A DNA stretch of 64,000 bases from a virus (taxonomy: Duplodnaviria > Caudoviricetes). The stretch's first letter is position 1. Each line of letters opens with the position of its first letter. A program made the translations under genes and the position numbers. This document shows, one piece after another, positions 59,420 to 64,000 of the stretch. The notes below the pieces were generated by a model that was not told the origin of the DNA, ran no database searches, and worked only from the letters and a program-made list of their open reading frames with translations. The DNA lies in IMG/VR virus record IMGVR_UViG_3300032226_000551, positions 1-64,000 of that record; one strand, given 5' to 3'.

Positions 59420-60727
59420 ATGGCTTTAAAAATAAAAAATTCTTCTGACACTAATAATGGAAATAATGTAGTATATGAATATCAGCCAGTTAAAAGTGGA
59501 GTTCCCTCATTACCACTCGGATGTCCAGTTGGAATGCCAACATATTCGTATGTTGGTTATAAACCAGTCAGAATTCCCTCCGCGCCACCTGTTGAGATGC
59601 CAGAAAGCAATCTACCTAGAGCATTAAATTATTATGCAGACTATGGTGGATGTGGATTCTGGAGAATGATATGGCCTGAATACGTTTTAAATGGTTATCA
59701 GAAGGCATGTATTTCTGGAATGACACAGATGATATTAGATTTGCGTTTTTATGGTTCATTAAAATCCATAAGAATGCAAAGACAGGCAACTCCCGCACAA
59801 AACTCTTTTATAAAAGAACTGCATAAAGTTAAATCTCAAACCGGATATAGATTAATATACGAAATTGATGATATAGTATTTAAAGACGATATCCCCGATT
59901 ATAATAGATGCAAAGATGCATTTGTCGATGAAAACATAGTAAAGAGTATTATGGAAATTATGGGAATGATGGATGAGATTACCGTTACCTGTAAATACAT
60001 GAAGGAATACTATATTTCTAAAACTGGAAATAAAAATGTCACAGTCATTCCCAACTATCCTCCAAAATTTTGGTTAGATAAATTCCATAATAGAGAAAGA
60101 TTACAAAAAACATACGAACAAAATAAGAAAAGACCTAGAATTTTATATTCTGGATCGGGAACACACATCGATGTATTGAATAAAACAGGACTCAATGACG
60201 ATTTCAAGCATGTTACCGATGCTATCATTAAAGCCAGAAAGAAATTTAAATTTGTTTGGAAGGGTTGTTATCCATTAGTAATGAAACCATTTATTGATAA
60301 TGGTGAAATGGAATATATTGATTGGTCGCCTCTATTGGAGTATCCACAAGGATTATATGATGCTAATTGTAATGCGGTCTTTGCTTCGTTACAAGATAAT
60401 GTGTTTAATAAATCCAAGAGTAATATTAAAATGATAGAATCGGGAGGATTAGGACTACCCGGTGCGTTTCAAGACTTGTGTACATACGAAGAAGCAGACT
60501 TCAAATTTAAATCCGGTGATGATTTAATAAATCAGTTGGAACATTTAACTTCCGACTTTGATCGTTACATGAAATATTCCGATAAATCTAGAAAATTCGT
60601 AGAAGGATTATGGTTGGAAGATCATATACAAGAATATGAGGCGATATACTTTACTGCATTTGGTAGTAAAGAAAGAAATGCAATGTCGCCAAGACTTATT
60701 GAGTTGAATCCCGATCAAAAGATATAA
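59420..60727 (+). CDS. GT-B glycosyltransferase (phage-type)
   Basis: ADYGGCGFWRMIWP, MQRQ, YEIDD, VIPN, FNKSKSNIKMIE. Confidence 0.85.
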   Translation: MALKIKNSSDTNNGNNVVYEYQPVKSGVPSLPLGCPVGMPTYSYVGYKPVRIPSAPPVEMPESNLPRALNYYADYGGCGFWRMIWPEYVLNGYQKACISGMTQMILDLRFYGSLKSIRMQRQATPAQNSFIKELHKVKSQTGYRLIYEIDDIVFKDDIPDYNRCKDAFVDENIVKSIMEIMGMMDEITVTCKYMKEYYISKTGNKNVTVIPNYPPKFWLDKFHNRERLQKTYEQNKKRPRILYSGSGTHIDVLNKTGLNDDFKHVTDAIIKARKKFKFVWKGCYPLVMKPFIDNGEMEYIDWSPLLEYPQGLYDANCNAVFASLQDNVFNKSKSNIKMIESGGLGLPGAFQDLCTYEEADFKFKSGDDLINQLEHLTSDFDRYMKYSDKSRKFVEGLWLEDHIQEYEAIYFTAFGSKERNAMSPRLIELNPDQKI

Positions 60728-60732
60728 ATTTC

Positions 60733-60760
60733 TTGATTTTTATTCCAAAAACATTATTAT
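60733..60760 (+). promoter_or_regulatory. Early promoter TTGATT-16-TATTAT
   Basis: -10 ends 6 nt before gp43 ATG. Confidence 0.6.
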
Positions 60761-60766
60761 AATCTC

Positions 60767-63343
60767 ATGGGTTATCGCAATGTTTATTATAATGCCAAGG
60801 ATGAATGTATTCACCTTTGGACATGGGATGAAAGTGGCAATAGAATCAAAACAGAAAGCAGTTTTGAGCCATTTTTGCTTGTTGAATCACCAGATGGTAC
60901 TGATGGAGTCTCTGTTTTTGATACAAAACTTAAAAAAATAAAGTTCAAGAATCAATTCGAGAGAAGTAAATTTTTAAATAGTACTACAATAACCAGATTG
61001 TTTCATAATCTGAATGTAGAACAGCAATTTTTACTGGAAACTTTTAAAAAGGAATCGGAAAAGGAAGATTTTAGCAAAAACAAGTTAAAGATTTTCTATA
61101 TAGATATTGAAACATATGGTAGAGATGGATTTTCTACACCAGAAGAGGCTAGAGATCCAATAAATTTGATTACTGTATATGATTCTTTTTCTGAACACTA
61201 TTATACATGGGGTACTGGTGGCTCTTATGTTTCAAAAAATTCAAATGAGACATATGTTAAGTGTTCAAACGAAGAAATTCTACTTAAAAAGTTTTTAGAT
61301 TTCTGGGAATCTGATTATCCTGATGTTGTTAGCGGATGGAATATTTGTGGATACGATATTCCCTATATTATAAATCGTTTGGCTATCATATTCGATGACC
61401 AAGAGGCAAAGCGATTGTCTCCTGTTTCAAAATTAAGATTTGTTGAGAACTTATCTCTAAACAAAATGGGAAAGAGAATGGATAGATGGTACATATGTGG
61501 ATTAAGCATTATTGACTATATGGAAGTCTATAAAACTTTTTCTTTGGGTGATAGGGAATCATATAGTTTGAATTACATTTCGGATTATGAACTAGGAGAT
61601 TCTAAAATTGCTTATGTTGCATCATCTTTGGCAGATTTGGCTGATCAAGATTGGAATACTTTCGTAGATTACAACATACAAGACGTTAAACTTCTTATTA
61701 AGTTGGAAGATAAATTAAAGTTTTTGAAATTGGTTAGAAATCTTTCTTATAGAGGATTCATACCATTTGAAAAATCTATGGGAAAGGTGTCGTTGATTAC
61801 TGGTGCGGTAGCAAATCAAGCACAAAAACAGGGTGTTTATATTCCAACATTTAATGTTGAAAACGTGAAACAAAAATTTGCAGGAGGTTTTGTAATGGAA
61901 CCCAGACCGGGTCTGTACGAGGATGTAGTAACCTACGATGCAAACAGTCTATATCCGAATACCATTATTACTCTGAATATTTCACCAGAAACAAAAATTG
62001 GTAAAGTTCTAAAAATAGAAAATGACAAATACACATTAAAGCTATCGAATAATAAAAATGTGGTGTTAGAAAAAGAAAAATTTGATAAGTTGGTTCAAAA
62101 AGAAAAACTATCAATATCAGAGGCTAATGTTTTATATACACAAAAGATTAAAGGTGTTGTTCCCAATCTAATTGATGGTCTATATAAGGAAAGAGTTGCG
62201 GCAAAAAATAAAATGGGTGATGCAATTAAGAAGTTAAGCACCACAACTGATCAAAAAGAGATACAAAAGTTAAAAGAAGAAATAAACGACAATGATACAT
62301 TGTCAAATGTGTATAAGGTAATATTGAATTCTATTTATGGGGTATTCTCACAGATATATTCCCCTCTCTTTGATATAGATCATGCGGAAAGTGTTACATT
62401 AACAGGTCAATCGGTTGTTAAAAAGGGATCAGAGATCGTATTCCAATACCTAAAAGAGAAAGGATTTAATGGTTCTATTGATGATGTTTGCATATATCAA
62501 GATACAGACAGTGAATTTTTCTCATTTAAAAAGGTATTTGATTCTAAAGGTGTATCTTTAACAGATGAATCGAATAATATAACATTTGAAGCCAACAGTC
62601 TGATAGAAGAATATGGTAAAGTTTTAAATACCAAAATTAACGAGTGGGCGGCATCGAAATTTAATTCAATAGATACACGATATTTCTTTAAAAGAGAAAA
62701 GATATGTGATGTGGCAGTATTACAGAAAAAGAAATATTACATAATGCATATTTTGGATAGTGAAGGTACTAAGGTTGACAAGTTTTTGTATAAAGGAATC
62801 GAAGTTGCTAAATCTATTCTATCGAAAGAGACAAAAAATCTGATCAAAAAAATTATTGAATCGGCAATTATTTCTAAAAACCGAAAAGTAGCGAATGGTT
62901 TATTCCAAGATGGATTTGAAGAGTATTGTAATATGAGTCCAGAATTGATTTCATCTAGAAAAAAGGTAAACAATTACGAGAAGTATATAAATTCTGTTGA
63001 TAAGGATGGTAAATTCGGAAAGGGAACACCCAACCATGTTAAATCTGCTATAAATCACAATAAACTAATAGATGTTTTAAAAATAACAGATAGGTATCAA
63101 CATATTTCTAGCGGAGAAAAGATTAAAACTCTATATTGTTTAAAAAATAGTTTGGGATTCGATACAATTGCTTTTGCAAATGATTTTCCAAAGGATTTTT
63201 ATCAATATATAAAACCGGATTATCGGAAGATGTTTGAAAAAAATATAATTCCTCCAATTAGTAGAGTGTTTCAAATAATCGGTTGGCCATTACCAGCAAT
63301 AGGATGTGAACAAGTTACTGATTTAACCGAACTCTTTTCTTAA
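60767..63343 (+). CDS. gp43: Family B DNA polymerase (T4 gp43-like)
   Basis: DIET, GWN...YDIPY, YNIQD, DANSLYP, K..LNSIYG, DTDS; uninterrupted. Confidence 0.97.
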   Translation: MGYRNVYYNAKDECIHLWTWDESGNRIKTESSFEPFLLVESPDGTDGVSVFDTKLKKIKFKNQFERSKFLNSTTITRLFHNLNVEQQFLLETFKKESEKEDFSKNKLKIFYIDIETYGRDGFSTPEEARDPINLITVYDSFSEHYYTWGTGGSYVSKNSNETYVKCSNEEILLKKFLDFWESDYPDVVSGWNICGYDIPYIINRLAIIFDDQEAKRLSPVSKLRFVENLSLNKMGKRMDRWYICGLSIIDYMEVYKTFSLGDRESYSLNYISDYELGDSKIAYVASSLADLADQDWNTFVDYNIQDVKLLIKLEDKLKFLKLVRNLSYRGFIPFEKSMGKVSLITGAVANQAQKQGVYIPTFNVENVKQKFAGGFVMEPRPGLYEDVVTYDANSLYPNTIITLNISPETKIGKVLKIENDKYTLKLSNNKNVVLEKEKFDKLVQKEKLSISEANVLYTQKIKGVVPNLIDGLYKERVAAKNKMGDAIKKLSTTTDQKEIQKLKEEINDNDTLSNVYKVILNSIYGVFSQIYSPLFDIDHAESVTLTGQSVVKKGSEIVFQYLKEKGFNGSIDDVCIYQDTDSEFFSFKKVFDSKGVSLTDESNNITFEANSLIEEYGKVLNTKINEWAASKFNSIDTRYFFKREKICDVAVLQKKKYYIMHILDSEGTKVDKFLYKGIEVAKSILSKETKNLIKKIIESAIISKNRKVANGLFQDGFEEYCNMSPELISSRKKVNNYEKYINSVDKDGKFGKGTPNHVKSAINHNKLIDVLKITDRYQHISSGEKIKTLYCLKNSLGFDTIAFANDFPKDFYQYIKPDYRKMFEKNIIPPISRVFQIIGWPLPAIGCEQVTDLTELFS

Positions 63344-63611
63344 AAAAATCTTTAAATGATTCAGGCATATGTATTTTTTCTCTTGCTTTAGCAAATCCAG
63401 AAGCAAGTTCGTCATCATTTAAATATTTTTTTGGTTTTTGGGGTTTAGGAAGAATATTAATTTCATTATTTATATCTTCTAATCTTGAATTTATTAATGA
63501 TGCAACTTCATCATCAGTCATTTCATTAAACAATTCATTATCAATACTTATTGGTAATGAACTATGAACCCACTCGTTAGTTTTTCCATTATATCTAAAA
63601 TCATCTTTCAT
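63315..63611 (-). CDS. Hypothetical late protein
   Basis: 98 aa; TAAATA 6 nt upstream. Confidence 0.6.
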   Translation of the reverse strand: MKDDFRYNGKTNEWVHSSLPISIDNELFNEMTDDEVASLINSRLEDINNEINILPKPQKPKKYLNDDELASGFAKAREKIHMPESFKDFFKKRVRLNQ

Positions 63612-63629
63612 TTTTTATATTTACACTAG

Positions 63630-63657
63630 TTGACATTTTAATACATCGTATTAAAAT
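63630..63657 (+). promoter_or_regulatory. Early promoter TTGACA-16-TAAAAT with perfect 10-bp inverted repeat
   Basis: ATTTTAATAC-ATC-GTATTAAAAT; 9 nt before ATG 63667. Confidence 0.75.
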
Positions 63658-63666
63658 ATATAAGAT

Positions 63667-64000
63667 ATGAGTAATACAACAGAAACAACAAACAATACAA
63701 CGACACCAATTATCTTTTTAGATACTGTAGGAAGAACCATCATGGCACTTCCTGATGCATCTAGTGATGATAGTGTTTTAACTGTAAAAAATCCGGTAGT
63801 TATCATGGTAGGTGGAGATAACAGCGGAAAAATGTCGGTACAACTATTCCCACTATTCTTCAGAGAGTTTCTAGCCGATAAGAATGCAGATGTGACATTC
63901 TCTTATAAGAAGGATTCCATCACATTGAGCAATATCGAAGCGATTGATTTTAGATTGCAAGCTCAGTATTCACAAATGTTCTCAAAGACAAATTCCTTTG
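63667..64000 (+). CDS. Partial hypothetical protein, possibly Sm-like fold (3' end outside window)
   Basis: Not in ORF track; MSNTTETT...IIFLDTVGRTI...LTVKNPVVI...QLFPLFF...QYSQMF open to window edge. Confidence 0.7.
   Translation, partial: MSNTTETTNNTTTPIIFLDTVGRTIMALPDASSDDSVLTVKNPVVIMVGGDNSGKMSVQLFPLFFREFLADKNADVTFSYKKDSITLSNIEAIDFRLQAQYSQMFSKTNSF

Noticed and set aside
20381-62973. Short ORFs antisense or out of frame within recognised genes (e.g. 25076, 26802, 40432, 44557, 57918, 62737)
   Set aside because: Fully overlap well-supported genes; composition mirrors the real frame
1-64000. CRISPR array, tRNA, rRNA, intron or intein
   Set aside because: No spaced repeats or cloverleafs noticed; intergenic gaps are short; gp43, gp20, gp23 and helicases are uninterrupted. 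tRNAscan/Infernal not run

Overview
A 64 kb, strongly AT-rich segment of a large T4-like (myovirus-type) phage genome in the standard genetic code. Positions 1-20.2 kb (minus strand) hold a baseplate/tail-fibre block: gp6, three proteins over 1100 aa with PKD, beta-propeller or LamG-like domains (one runs off the left edge and is missing from the ORF track), a fibre and a gp38-like adhesin chimera. Positions 20-46 kb interleave replication genes (primase, split clamp-loader subunits, DinG, UvsY, UvsW, gp55, gp47) with head/neck genes (gp15, gp20, gp13, gp4, gp21, gp22, gp23, gp16, gp25) and a putative lysis pair. An ~11 kb glycan-synthesis island splits gp47 from gp46, followed by another glycosyltransferase and DNA polymerase gp43. 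The most notable signals are: (1) the glycosylation system, with GT7- and exostosin-like enzymes and an amino-sugar module; (2) early and late promoter boxes sitting about 6 nt from start codons with no Shine-Dalgarno (leaderless mRNA), early promoters embedded in hairpins, and mini-ORF relays; (3) a consensus promoter firing antisense into the lysis genes; (4) an HNH nuclease with its own late promoter and a three-way-junction leader; (5) a shared N-terminal capsid-targeting-like motif. All calls come from reading motifs by eye; no searches were run.
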